Below, in pieces: positions 46,301-54,778 of a DNA stretch of 64,000 nt. Both the position numbers and the translations under genes were made by a program. The stretch lies in contig JAZQGC010000038.1 of assembly GCA_045539815.1 (NCBI GenBank), positions 925 to 64,924 of the forward strand, in the 5' to 3' direction. The notes under the pieces are model-generated. The model worked only from the letters and a program-made list of their open reading frames with translations. It made no database searches and was not told the origin of the DNA. How positions within the stretch are numbered: position 1 is the first letter of the stretch; the number at the start of each line of letters is the position of its first letter. This DNA comes from Candidatus Enterousia sp. (GTDB taxonomy: Bacteria > Pseudomonadota > Alphaproteobacteria > Rs-D84).

Positions 46301-48632
46301 AAACACCTATACCAAGACAGGACATCGTTTTGTTCATTGGTGGTTTATGGATTATATGGCTGGGGAATATGTTACCTATCGTCCCACACAGCAAGATGAA
46401 GTAGTTGTTGCCAAAGCATACTGGTTGCCAATTCAGATACCTTGCCCAGCAGGACAATATCTGGATGGTTTATATTGTATCGACTGCGAAGATAAATACT
46501 ATTGCGAGGGCAGCGAGGCCGAAGGTTGGTCAAATGGTTGGTCGTACGATGGCGGAATTCATGGCAGAAAAGATTGCCCAGTAACAACAGAAACATATGG
46601 GGCGGCCGAAAATCTTGGATTCCTTGATGTTTTGGCAACTGCGCCACATACGTCAATTGAGGAATGTCGTGCAACTTTTGTGTATGTGCCAGAGTGGCTA
46701 ATAAAGACACAAGACCCAAACGCGGAATTGGCTACAGAATATGATCCACAGGCGAATAATCGTGGTGTGTATTTTGTAAGTTGTGATTATAATTCAGATA
46801 CAAAACAGTATGATTCTAATTGTACGGGATTTCCACTGAGCTGTGGTGCAGGATATGTTTCTAGTACAAATGTAGATTTGGCAACAGATTTTGAAGATTT
46901 GTCAAAAAATTTGTATTATGCAAACAGTCCGCAAGATGCGATTGAAAAAACTTGTGTGCCAGTCGGACGTAATAATTGGTCACCAAGTGGACAAGAGTGT
47001 ATTGGCTTGCCAGATGATGAAGTGGTTTTTTGTCTTTATGAAAAGTCTCTAGAGAAAAACGCATGTCCGGATGGGGGTATAACACTGACGGATACCGCGG
47101 GGGCAATCACAGATTGTTTAAAGAACGATGTTGAATGCGCGACCGAATTGGGCGACGGTATCAAGACTTGTTCTTATGACGAAGCAACTGGTGGATATAA
47201 TAATTGCGGCGAATGCAGCGTTGATTCATGTAAGTCGGGATATTATATGAATAACGGTGTATGTACCACATGTCCGGCCGGTTCTGCATGTTCTGACAAC
47301 AATATTACAACATGCGGTGCAAATACTTGGTCAACAGTTGGTGGCGCACAGTGTAATGCGTGTCCGGCAAATTCGTCCACAAATGGTGCCACAGGACAAA
47401 CACAATGCGTATGTAATGATGGATATACCACAAATGGCAAATTTGATGGTCCAACCACTACAACAACGCAAGACTGTATCAGAACAGATATAAATGTTAC
47501 ATATGATGTAAATGGCGGAAATGGCGCGCTGGGTGGACACACATGTCCTGCGGGTACACAATGCACCCTGCTGACACCAGATGTTATCGGCAATCATATG
47601 TATCGTGCAGGTTATGTATTCATTGGATGGGGCGATAAAGCAAACGCAACAACCCCGGTCAATCCCGTCTTTAATACAGATGTAACACTGTACGCGATAT
47701 GGAACGCATGTGCAGCAGGCACATACAAGACAGCAGATGCAGCATTGGATGCACAATGTAGTGCGTGTCAGGTTTTGGGCGACAAACAATATAACGCAAC
47801 AAATGACGTGGCATCAACCAGCCCTGAACAATGTTTTACAACATGTGCCAATAAAAAAATAACAAATGCAACCCTGTTCCCAAAGAACACAACGGCATAT
47901 TATCCAACTGTCTGCGAATACGAAAATGGTATAACAGACAATGGCAACCCATGTAAATTTGATGGTGACACATGTAAAGAGGTCAGCTGTAAGCCAGACA
48001 ACGAAATGATTAACGGCAACTGCCAGCCATGTAATCGAGAACATGCAACCGAGTATAAAACAACCGGAAACTGCGAGGTTGCAAAATGTAGATATGGATA
48101 TCATCCAAATGGTCAGTCTTGTCAAAGCAATGTAATCGAATGTCAGATGCAAAATGCAAAGTCTGCATCGCAAAAGTGGGATGAACAGACCGGCGCATAT
48201 GGCGTATGCACAATCACAGAATGTGAACCAGGCTTCCATATCGTTGCAAATGCATGCCAACCAGATGAACAAACATGCGAACTGGAACACGGTATCGGAT
48301 GGCGCGAATGGGATGACAAGAAAAATGATTGGGGCAAGTGTATCGCAACACAGTGTGAACCAGGATACACAAACGACCCAGACCTGACAAACGAGTCATG
48401 GGAACAATGTGGACGCTGTAACAATATGTATGGCGCACACGGTGAACGCGTTGTCAGTAGCTATGTCCGGGAATGCGAAATTGCATCTTGTATGTATCAG
48501 GGCGAACACTTTATATTGGAAAATAACGAGTGTCGCGACATATGCGAAACATACAGCGACGAAACCGGCAGTCGCAAATGGAACGGCAACAAGTGCGTAC
48601 ATACATGTAACGAAGGTTACACAAACTGGTAA
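43380..48632 (+). CDS. giant exported protein with Listeria-Bacteroides (InlB-B/Flg_new-type) repeats and eukaryote-like Cys-rich modules
   Basis: ATG 43380 after AGAGAGGA. Signal peptide MNTKRVFARILAPLSLFFIATNSFA. At least 10 copies of Y-x-(I/V)-x-Y...C-x-Y...TK(P)TKTGYTF-x-GW repeats, interspersed with C-x-AG-x-Y...C-x-x-C-x-x-x-(Y/H)YC modules and a C-terminal W/C-rich region. Confidence 0.88.
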   Translation: MNTKRVFARILAPLSLFFIATNSFAGDYTNCSAKYYTGCLPRYYMTLNGVYNGTAQTGNYCSDCPSDAEFCPGHTYAPAYKVTLNASGGSGGTSAIYRIQNVGWFSSLLKNTTTEATTVSAIGTQITTITKPTKTGYTFKGFYDAQSGGTQTITSAGVVSASNAYGTATWYAQWTANTYTIKYNSDGGSSVSDTTCTYGQNCTVSSTKPTKTGYTFNGWKYGSTTYQSGATVSNLTSTNGGSVTFTAQWTANTYTIKYNSDGGSSVSDTTCTYGQNCTVSSTKPTKTGYTFAGWKYDSTTYQAGATITTSLTSTNGGSVTFTAQWTANTFTLKHVSDGTVVREKTCTYDSACTVTATVPTKTGYTFDGWLYNDKTYTSGQDVKNLVNTNGTTVTLTAQWTVISKTCSAGQYFNVTECADCTSGYYCPNGSKTYTYNGNIQGRYTCPANSSTNGKTGQASCTCNTGYNYNGGTTATTNACMANTYTIKYNTNGGDGSIADTTCTYGQNCTISSTKPTKTGYTFTGWQYVSTTYQSGATIDTNLTSTNGAVLEFVAQWTPVSYSIIYNSQSGLSLPSTNCTYDSSCTINETKLTKTGYTFAGWKYGDETYQPGDTVINLTNNGGSSVTLTGQWTPITFTVIYVSNGGSGTSMENTICTYDTDCYITANTYTRTGYTFKNWANSDKSQYFEDGANLKNASSTQGAGLFLYAQWEPITYTVRYDANGGSGSMTDKQCVYDTDCKLDANTFTNTGHSFVGWLYGGIKYQDQETLPNLTTENGAVLEFVAQWSKNARTCEAGKYLNGDTCETCPADHYCTGGAWEYNGDKQGLEKCPANSSTNGKTGQASCTCNTGYNHNGGTIATTNTCEANTYTIKYNTNGGDGSIADTTCTYGQNCTVSSTKPTKTGYTFAGWQYGSTTYQSGSIIDTNLTSTNGAVLEFVAQWTPITYTIRYDADGGYGYMEDTTCTYDQLCYLRENTYTKTGHRFVHWWFMDYMAGEYVTYRPTQQDEVVVAKAYWLPIQIPCPAGQYLDGLYCIDCEDKYYCEGSEAEGWSNGWSYDGGIHGRKDCPVTTETYGAAENLGFLDVLATAPHTSIEECRATFVYVPEWLIKTQDPNAELATEYDPQANNRGVYFVSCDYNSDTKQYDSNCTGFPLSCGAGYVSSTNVDLATDFEDLSKNLYYANSPQDAIEKTCVPVGRNNWSPSGQECIGLPDDEVVFCLYEKSLEKNACPDGGITLTDTAGAITDCLKNDVECATELGDGIKTCSYDEATGGYNNCGECSVDSCKSGYYMNNGVCTTCPAGSACSDNNITTCGANTWSTVGGAQCNACPANSSTNGATGQTQCVCNDGYTTNGKFDGPTTTTTQDCIRTDINVTYDVNGGNGALGGHTCPAGTQCTLLTPDVIGNHMYRAGYVFIGWGDKANATTPVNPVFNTDVTLYAIWNACAAGTYKTADAALDAQCSACQVLGDKQYNATNDVASTSPEQCFTTCANKKITNATLFPKNTTAYYPTVCEYENGITDNGNPCKFDGDTCKEVSCKPDNEMINGNCQPCNREHATEYKTTGNCEVAKCRYGYHPNGQSCQSNVIECQMQNAKSASQKWDEQTGAYGVCTITECEPGFHIVANACQPDEQTCELEHGIGWREWDDKKNDWGKCIATQCEPGYTNDPDLTNESWEQCGRCNNMYGAHGERVVSSYVRECEIASCMYQGEHFILENNECRDICETYSDETGSRKWNGNKCVHTCNEGYTNW
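43899..44351 (+). repeat. two tandem near-identical coding repeats (225 and 228 bp)
   Basis: TGGACGGCAAATACTTACACAAT(T/C)AAATATAATTCTGATGGTGGTTCGTCTGTATCCGACACAACATGCACATATGG... restarts at 44124. The next, more divergent unit starts at 44352. Confidence 0.9.
44715..46207 (+). repeat. dispersed intragenic duplication of about 338 bp (44715-45052 and 45869-46207)
   Basis: Both copies encode PANSSTNGKTGQASCTCNTGYN-x-NGGT-x-ATTN-x-C-x-ANTYTIKYNTNGGDGSIADTTCTYGQNCT-x-SSTKPTKTGYTF-x-GWQY...TNLTSTNGAVLEFVAQWTP with few nucleotide differences. Confidence 0.85.
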
Positions 48633-48636
48633 AGAC

Positions 48637-48662
48637 AACACCCCATTACGGGGTGTTTTTTA
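48637..48662 (+). terminator. rho-independent terminator
   Basis: CACCCC-ATTAC-GGGGTG followed by T6. Confidence 0.65.
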
Positions 48663-48705
48663 TTGTTCAATAGACAAACACTATTATGATGATATAATAG
48701 GCGAT

Positions 48706-49863
48706 ATGAATACATACGATATTGTTATTATTGGCGCAGGTGCGGCGGGATTGGTCGCGGCGTCGGTCGCCACGGCCCGTGGTAAAAGTGTTGCAGTGTT
48801 GGAAATGGGACAGTCCCCTGCCCGTAAAGTTATGGTGTCTGGGGGCGGAAATTGCAACATAACAAATGACGCGGTGGCGTATGACAGATACTTTGGCGAA
48901 AATACAAAATTTGTGCGCAGCGCAATCAGCGCATTGAAACCAACAGATGTTTTGGACTGGGCGCAGAAACACAATATCAAACTGTATGAAAAAACAAGGG
49001 GGCGATATTTTTGTACACATGGTGCAAAACAAGTTGTTGATGCCCTGATTGCTGATGCGGACAAGGCAAAATTCTGTTTTAACACAACCGTAACAGATAT
49101 CATAAAAACAGCAGATAAATTTCATATACATACAACCAATAACAAATTCATCGCACACAGTGTAATTATCGCAACTGGCGGGATTTCTTTTGATAGTTTG
49201 GGCGTGTCTGATATTGGATATAAAATCGCAAAAAAATTTGGTCATAAAATTATTCCTGTACGCCCCGCCCTGTGCGCATTAATCACCAACGCTATCCCGC
49301 ACGACCTTGCCGGGATATCAATGCCCGTGCAGATAAAAATAGGTGCCGACAAAATCTGCGATGACTTATTGTTTACACATAACGGTATTGGTGGTCCCGC
49401 AGCATATCGGGCCAGTGTACGCAATTTACACGACGGAATATATTTGGACTGTTTGCCAAACACAGATATATTAAACATATTTATACAGACCAAGAAAACA
49501 AACGGGAAAAAAAGCGTTGCCAATGTTCTGGGCGAGCATATGCCAAACAAAGTTGCAAGGTGGTTCGCAGCAAATATTAATAAAAATATCGCAGATATAA
49601 AAGATTCTGAATTAAAAAAATTAGCCGAAAATATAAAAAATTTTTGGATACCTGCACATAATATCAAAACAGCCAATATGGCACATGCAGAGGTTGTACG
49701 CGGTGGTATATCAACAGACGAAATATCATCCAAGACAATGGAATCAAAATTATGCACAAAGCTGTTCTTTGCCGGTGAAGTATTTGATATCGCCGGGGAT
49801 TTGGGCGGATTTAACCTGCATTGGGCGTGGGCCAGCGGATACGCAGCGGGCAAAAACGCATAA
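48706..49863 (+). CDS. HI0933/BaiN-family FAD-dependent oxidoreductase
   Basis: MNTYDIVIIGAGAAGL dinucleotide-binding motif, SGGGNCNITN and GEVFDIAGDLGGFNL, typical of the family. The ORF-track start (48409) overlaps the giant gene and is rejected. Confidence 0.8.
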   Translation: MNTYDIVIIGAGAAGLVAASVATARGKSVAVLEMGQSPARKVMVSGGGNCNITNDAVAYDRYFGENTKFVRSAISALKPTDVLDWAQKHNIKLYEKTRGRYFCTHGAKQVVDALIADADKAKFCFNTTVTDIIKTADKFHIHTTNNKFIAHSVIIATGGISFDSLGVSDIGYKIAKKFGHKIIPVRPALCALITNAIPHDLAGISMPVQIKIGADKICDDLLFTHNGIGGPAAYRASVRNLHDGIYLDCLPNTDILNIFIQTKKTNGKKSVANVLGEHMPNKVARWFAANINKNIADIKDSELKKLAENIKNFWIPAHNIKTANMAHAEVVRGGISTDEISSKTMESKLCTKLFFAGEVFDIAGDLGGFNLHWAWASGYAAGKNA

Positions 49864-49987
49864 AAACAAACTCAACCCCAAGTTGTATTTTTATTATTTG
49901 ACAATTTGTCTTGATAAAAACTTTATTTTATGAAATAATTCAACCTTGGCTAGACTAAATAATTAACAATAACCGAGGGGGCAACCA

Positions 49988-50254
49988 ATGGACCATAAAA
50001 TAATGTGGCACGCAATTGAATTAATCGCAAAATCAAATGGACTTACCTGTTCAGGGCTGGCAAAAATCAGCGGTTTAGATCCAACAACATTTAACAAAAG
50101 CAAACAATTTACATCTGATGGGGCACCACGCTGGCCGTCGTGTTATACTGTTTCAAAAGTAATTCGCGCAACAGGTATGACAATACACGAATTCGCAAAT
50201 TATATACAATGCAGTATGAACGCATATAAAAACACAAATCAAAATGACGCATAA
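49988..50254 (+). CDS. small helix-turn-helix (XRE/Cro-like) DNA-binding protein
   Basis: 88-aa ORF after RBS GAGGGGG. LTCSGLAKISGLDPTTFNKSK resembles an HTH. Confidence 0.55.
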   Translation: MDHKIMWHAIELIAKSNGLTCSGLAKISGLDPTTFNKSKQFTSDGAPRWPSCYTVSKVIRATGMTIHEFANYIQCSMNAYKNTNQNDA

Positions 50255-50255
50255 A

Positions 50256-50283
50256 AAAACACCGCATTCGCGGTGCTTTTTTT
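50256..50283. terminator. bidirectional terminator
   Basis: CACCGC-ATTC-GCGGTG with A7 and T7 flanks, between convergent genes. Confidence 0.65.
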
Positions 50284-51988
50284 ACATAGATTGCGGAACA
50301 CGCAACCCCATTAAATCAATCGCCTGTAATAATGTGTTACGCGCCATGTTCGCAATATACAATCTGGACCCCTTGACAGATTCAGGTACATCATCACGCA
50401 ATATTGGGCAATGATGATAAAATGTATTTATATCTTGCGCCAAATCGTATGTATAATTTGCCAATAAATCTGTTGCACGACGCGTAAAAGCATTTTCCAA
50501 GACACGGGTAAAATCCATTATGCGCAACAATAAATTACGTTCTTCGGGTAATAAATCTGTCCCCGCAGATGTCATTTCCACACCCGATGTTTGCGCCTTG
50601 TTCATGACAGAATTCAGACGAACCGCCGTGTATAAAATATACGGACCTGTACGCCCTTCAAATTGGGTTACAGAATCAACATCAAAAACATAATCAGATT
50701 TTACATCATGCATTAAATCGTTGAACTTTAATGCAGCCATGGCTATCATCTCGATAGTTTCTTCGGGCAAATCTTTGCCGGATTCTTGGGCGCGCGTGCG
50801 CACAGATGCTGCAACCATGTCAACCATATCATGTAAACTGGGGACGCTGCCGTCACGGGTTTTGAACGGACGACCATCCGAACCCGTTATAGTACCAAAT
50901 CCAACATGTTGCAGGTTCGCAGTGTCCATACCTGCCATCTTGGCCGCACGAAACACCTGGGTAAAGTGTAAATTCTGACGATTGTCTGTAAAATAAACAA
51001 TGTCTGTTGGATTGTCTGTTTTTGTTCGATAATAAATCGCCGCCAAATCCGCCGCCGCATATGTTTGGGCACCGGTACTGGAACGCCATAATACAGGCGG
51101 CATTGGGGCGGTATCTGTATCCATTTTTACAGGAATAACATCAGCCCCATTATCATGAACCAACAAATTCTTTTCTTCTAAAATCTTTTGAACCGCAGGC
51201 ACATATTCTGCGACCAGGCGTTCGCCCTTGTTTTCATCAAATGGCAAAATATTTAATCTGACCAAGACATCTGAAATTTGCTGCAAAGACATTGGGGCAA
51301 ATTCATTATATATCTTTAAATATTCAGGATTTCCATTTTGCAGGTCAACCGTTACTGTTTGGGCGCGCGACAACCATTGCTCATCGTCCTTGGCACGGGC
51401 AGACGACGCAGGATACATCGCGTTTATATCGTCTGCATTTTTTGGCATGCCATATTCCAAAATCCATGCAATAATCAGCCCCATTGGACGCCCCCAATCG
51501 CCCATATGATTATAAGACTTGGTATCATGCCCCAAAAAGCGCGCAATACGATTAAATGTGTCGCCAACAACAGTTGTGCGCAAATGCCCGATATGCAAAG
51601 CCTTGCCAATATTATAACTGCCATAGTCCATATCAACAAATTTCTTGTCAATCATATCCTGGTAATCGCCGCGATACTTTTCTGGATTGATTAAAAATTC
51701 GTTTTTCAAAACAATATTTATAAACCCAGGTCCTGCGATACTGACACTTTGAACAAAGTCTAATTCTTCCAGTTTTGGCAAAATCATATTTGCTATATCG
51801 CGCGGAGATTTCTTTAATGCCTTGACCAACATCATGGCAACATTTGTTGAAAAATCCCCAAAATCACGAATTTTTGGCGTTTCTATGGTAATATTATTTA
51901 ATTGTTCTTGCGCCAAGACATTGCGTATTTCATCAATTTCACAAATCTTGGTTTTTATATTGTTTGAAATAAAGTTATAAATATTCAT
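50282..51988 (-). CDS. argS: arginyl-tRNA synthetase
   Basis: 568-aa ORF. HIGH-type motif in GKALHIGHLRTT and the C-terminal anticodon-binding DALR-type domain. Confidence 0.93.
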   Translation of the reverse strand: MNIYNFISNNIKTKICEIDEIRNVLAQEQLNNITIETPKIRDFGDFSTNVAMMLVKALKKSPRDIANMILPKLEELDFVQSVSIAGPGFINIVLKNEFLINPEKYRGDYQDMIDKKFVDMDYGSYNIGKALHIGHLRTTVVGDTFNRIARFLGHDTKSYNHMGDWGRPMGLIIAWILEYGMPKNADDINAMYPASSARAKDDEQWLSRAQTVTVDLQNGNPEYLKIYNEFAPMSLQQISDVLVRLNILPFDENKGERLVAEYVPAVQKILEEKNLLVHDNGADVIPVKMDTDTAPMPPVLWRSSTGAQTYAAADLAAIYYRTKTDNPTDIVYFTDNRQNLHFTQVFRAAKMAGMDTANLQHVGFGTITGSDGRPFKTRDGSVPSLHDMVDMVAASVRTRAQESGKDLPEETIEMIAMAALKFNDLMHDVKSDYVFDVDSVTQFEGRTGPYILYTAVRLNSVMNKAQTSGVEMTSAGTDLLPEERNLLLRIMDFTRVLENAFTRRATDLLANYTYDLAQDINTFYHHCPILRDDVPESVKGSRLYIANMARNTLLQAIDLMGLRVPQSM

Positions 51989-52137
51989 TTTTTGCCCTCG
52001 TGTAATTTTTTGATAATAATATATTATATTTTTTTAATTATCAATCTTTTTGCATTAATGAATTTAAACGCGAACCACAATTGGCAATCACAGATTATGA
52101 ACACAGCACGATTTCACACAAACAAATTCAAAAAAAA

Positions 52138-52776
52138 CTATAAGCAAACAATTCTGTCTATGTTGATGTTTTTAGCAAACATCGCGTCATGAGACACCAA
52201 TAGAATCGCACCACGATATTGATTCAGCGCTTCTTCTAGTATTGATATGCTTTTGATATCCAAATTGTTTGTTGGTTCATCCAGAATCAGTAAATCTGGT
52301 TGCTGGGGGCTGCCTAATATCGTTGCCAATGTTGCCTTTAGTAATTCGCCACCCGATAACTGTCCCGCTTTCTTTTTGGATGCATCACCACGAAAACCAA
52401 AGTTTGCTGCGATTGTGTGAGCATCATGTTTTAACACACCGGATATTGACATAATGTTTTCAACAACCGTCTTGTCGCAATCCAGCAGCGATAAATCCTG
52501 ATCCAAATACACTATGCGACCACGGGTTTTTATATCACCCGACTGCGGATATAATTTGCCACAAATTATTTTTAATAGGGTTGATTTTCCTGCTCCATTT
52601 TTTCCAGTCAGCCGAACACGTGTTGCACCATACATAGAAAAATCAAAATTGCTAAAAATCTGCCTATCTGCGTATGCGAAATACAACGAAGAAATTTTTA
52701 TCAGTTCTTTGCTGTAAAAGGCCTTGGACGGCAATGGAATCTTTATCATATCATCACGCATTTGACCAGATAACAT
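52138..52776 (-). pseudogene. ABC-F-type ATPase, single (C-terminal) ABC domain only; probable 5'-truncated remnant
   Basis: 212 aa with GKNGAGKSTLLK, LSGGELLK, LLILDEPTNNLD and VSHD. ABC-F proteins normally carry two such domains plus a linker. The 5' end abuts another truncated gene. Confidence 0.6.
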
Positions 52777-53198
52777 TTGTCGTTGCTGAATTTGGCAAAG
52801 ATTTTGCCGTTATGTCTGATCAAGAACGAGTTGAGTTTTATAAGGATAAAATCAAGCCATCTGGAACCTTTATTTCTGTGTATCAACCAGCAATTGCAGC
52901 CCCACTAGCTAAAATAGATCCAAAAACAAATCTAGGACTTGATGCAGAAATAGTGTATAATGGCAAAGGAATTGCACATATATACGTTTGCGAAAACAAT
53001 TATGAGAAGTTAGTAACGATCTTCAAAACTCAAGATAAAACCCAACAAAAATGGGATAAGGATTTTTTATTAAAAGCCAAAGCTGGACTTCCTTCAACTG
53101 TTGGTGTTGCGATTGGCCTGGATAGAACCATAGCGGGTTTATTCGGTGTCACTGTAAACGACTTAGTTATCAGAGGCAAATTATCAAATGAACGATGA
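52734..53198 (+). pseudogene. class II (subclass IIb, LysRS/EpmA-like) aminoacyl-tRNA-synthetase C-terminal fragment
   Basis: Contains FISVYQPAIAAPLAK and motif 3 GLPSTVGVAIGLDRTIAGLFG, but no motif 1 or 2. At most 174 codons are open (from 52674). The stop overlaps the next ORF's start by 11 nt. Confidence 0.6.
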
Positions 53199-54273
53199 GA
53201 TAAAAACCATAGAATTTCTAAAAACGGGTTTGTCTTTACAAACCCATATTGGTTGCCCAATAAAATGTTCTTATTGTGTGGTCACTGGCTTTTATGATGA
53301 TATGGCAAAAAGCCAACAACTAGTAGATACGAACACCCTAATAAACAACCTAATAACACATGAGTTTTTTTATGACGATGTTATTTTGATGGTAAATAAC
53401 AAAACAGAAGGATTTCAACCAAAGGTTGAAAAATATACGTTTGACATTCTGGACAAACTGAAGAATTACGGAATAAAAAATCCAAAAATATTGATAACGA
53501 AACTTCCAATACCACTCAGATATACAGACTCTTTGACTGACAACAATGTTTTTGTTTTTACAACATATTCCGGAATGCCATCCACGATAGAACCAACATC
53601 AACCCCGACAAACCTATCTAATATTGTAAACAATATTAAGGTGTTAAGGCAGCATTCTGACGCAAGACATGTACATTATTGGCGTCCTATTGTTAGAAAT
53701 ATAAATAGCGATTCTGATATCATTAATAATATATTAGACAATGTGAATGGTGTATTTGATTGCTCTGTTATATCTGGCATACGTTTAACACCTGTTATAA
53801 AACAACATTTAGAAAGTCGTGGGGCAGATTTTTATGATTGGAATGGTGATATTAATCATAAATTTTTACCTGAGGATATTTATAATCAAATTATACAATC
53901 AAAGAATGCATTATGTCCTGAATATAAATTATTTACAAAGACCAGTTGTTCTATCAGTCATTTGTTGAATAATTTTGACGCAAATTTAAATTTTGTAAAA
54001 CGAAATTATTCTTGCTCTGTTCAATGCCCAAACGGATCGATATGCAAATCATACCAACCGCGATACACGGACAAAGAACGAGAAATACTAAAAAAATTCA
54101 ATTTATTGGATTGTGCAAATTTTATAGACGGTGTTTTATATATAAACAAACCAATTTCCCAAGAGCTAAAAGCATTTCTTATACAAACAATAAAATTAAG
54201 AATAATTGTTCCAGAAACACTAAAATCTCATACCGAAGGTATTTTCAATGCACGAAATGGGCGTTCTTTGTGA
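53188..54273 (+). CDS. radical SAM protein (COG1533/SplB-like by eye), unknown function
   Basis: CX3CX2C at residues 23-30 (GCPIKCSYC) and a C-terminal Cys cluster CSISH...CSVQCPNGSIC. Very AT-rich. Confidence 0.7.
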   Translation: MNDEIKTIEFLKTGLSLQTHIGCPIKCSYCVVTGFYDDMAKSQQLVDTNTLINNLITHEFFYDDVILMVNNKTEGFQPKVEKYTFDILDKLKNYGIKNPKILITKLPIPLRYTDSLTDNNVFVFTTYSGMPSTIEPTSTPTNLSNIVNNIKVLRQHSDARHVHYWRPIVRNINSDSDIINNILDNVNGVFDCSVISGIRLTPVIKQHLESRGADFYDWNGDINHKFLPEDIYNQIIQSKNALCPEYKLFTKTSCSISHLLNNFDANLNFVKRNYSCSVQCPNGSICKSYQPRYTDKEREILKKFNLLDCANFIDGVLYINKPISQELKAFLIQTIKLRIIVPETLKSHTEGIFNARNGRSL

Positions 54274-54778
54274 TTTTCATGGCACTTTAGTAGATGCCAA
54301 CAAAGCATGGATAAAAGCTTTTGAAACATATGACATCCCTGATATAAATCAGGTAATTACGGATGTATATCATAAAGTAAATCGAAAGATAATATGTCGC
54401 AGGTATGGTATAGATTATGAAGAAATAAAAAATAAATACACATCTTTTCTAGAAATTCGTTATGAAATTGTAAATCTTGTTAAATTATTAAGCAATAATA
54501 CAGGAATTATAATCGTTTCAAATTCTAGCAGGGAACGCTTACTCAAGGACATAAATTTTGTTAAAGCAAATTTAAACTTGGAGATACGGGAAATATTGTC
54601 TAAAGACAATGGTAACAAAAACGATCCTGATTATATAAACCAAGTACTAGATAGATACAATTATAAGTCTGCATATTTAATAGGGAACGATATCAGGGAA
54701 GATTTTAATCCATCACCACGTATAACAAATATATTCGTTCCCTATAAAAATACAATACTTATGAACAAGACCTTATAA
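54248..54778 (+). CDS. HAD-superfamily-like protein with atypical motif I
   Basis: Motif I LCDFHGTLVD (second Asp replaced by His), motif II IIVSNSS, motif IV LIGNDIRED. The start overlaps the radical SAM ORF by 26 nt. Confidence 0.6.
   Translation: MHEMGVLCDFHGTLVDANKAWIKAFETYDIPDINQVITDVYHKVNRKIICRRYGIDYEEIKNKYTSFLEIRYEIVNLVKLLSNNTGIIIVSNSSRERLLKDINFVKANLNLEIREILSKDNGNKNDPDYINQVLDRYNYKSAYLIGNDIREDFNPSPRITNIFVPYKNTILMNKTL

Noticed and set aside
48409-48705. N-terminal extension of the flavoprotein ORF overlapping the end of the giant gene.
   Set aside because: The extension crosses the giant gene's stop and its terminator hairpin (48637-48662). The conserved FAD-binding N-terminus begins at the ATG at 48706.
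52674-54273. The idea that the LysRS/EpmA-like fragment plus the adjacent radical SAM are an EpmA-EpmB (EF-P beta-lysylation) pair.
   Set aside because: EpmB/KamA-type aminomutases carry their CX3CX2C well inside the protein together with PLP-binding features. This radical SAM has the cluster at residues 23-30 and a different overall pattern. The aaRS-like ORF lacks motifs 1 and 2.
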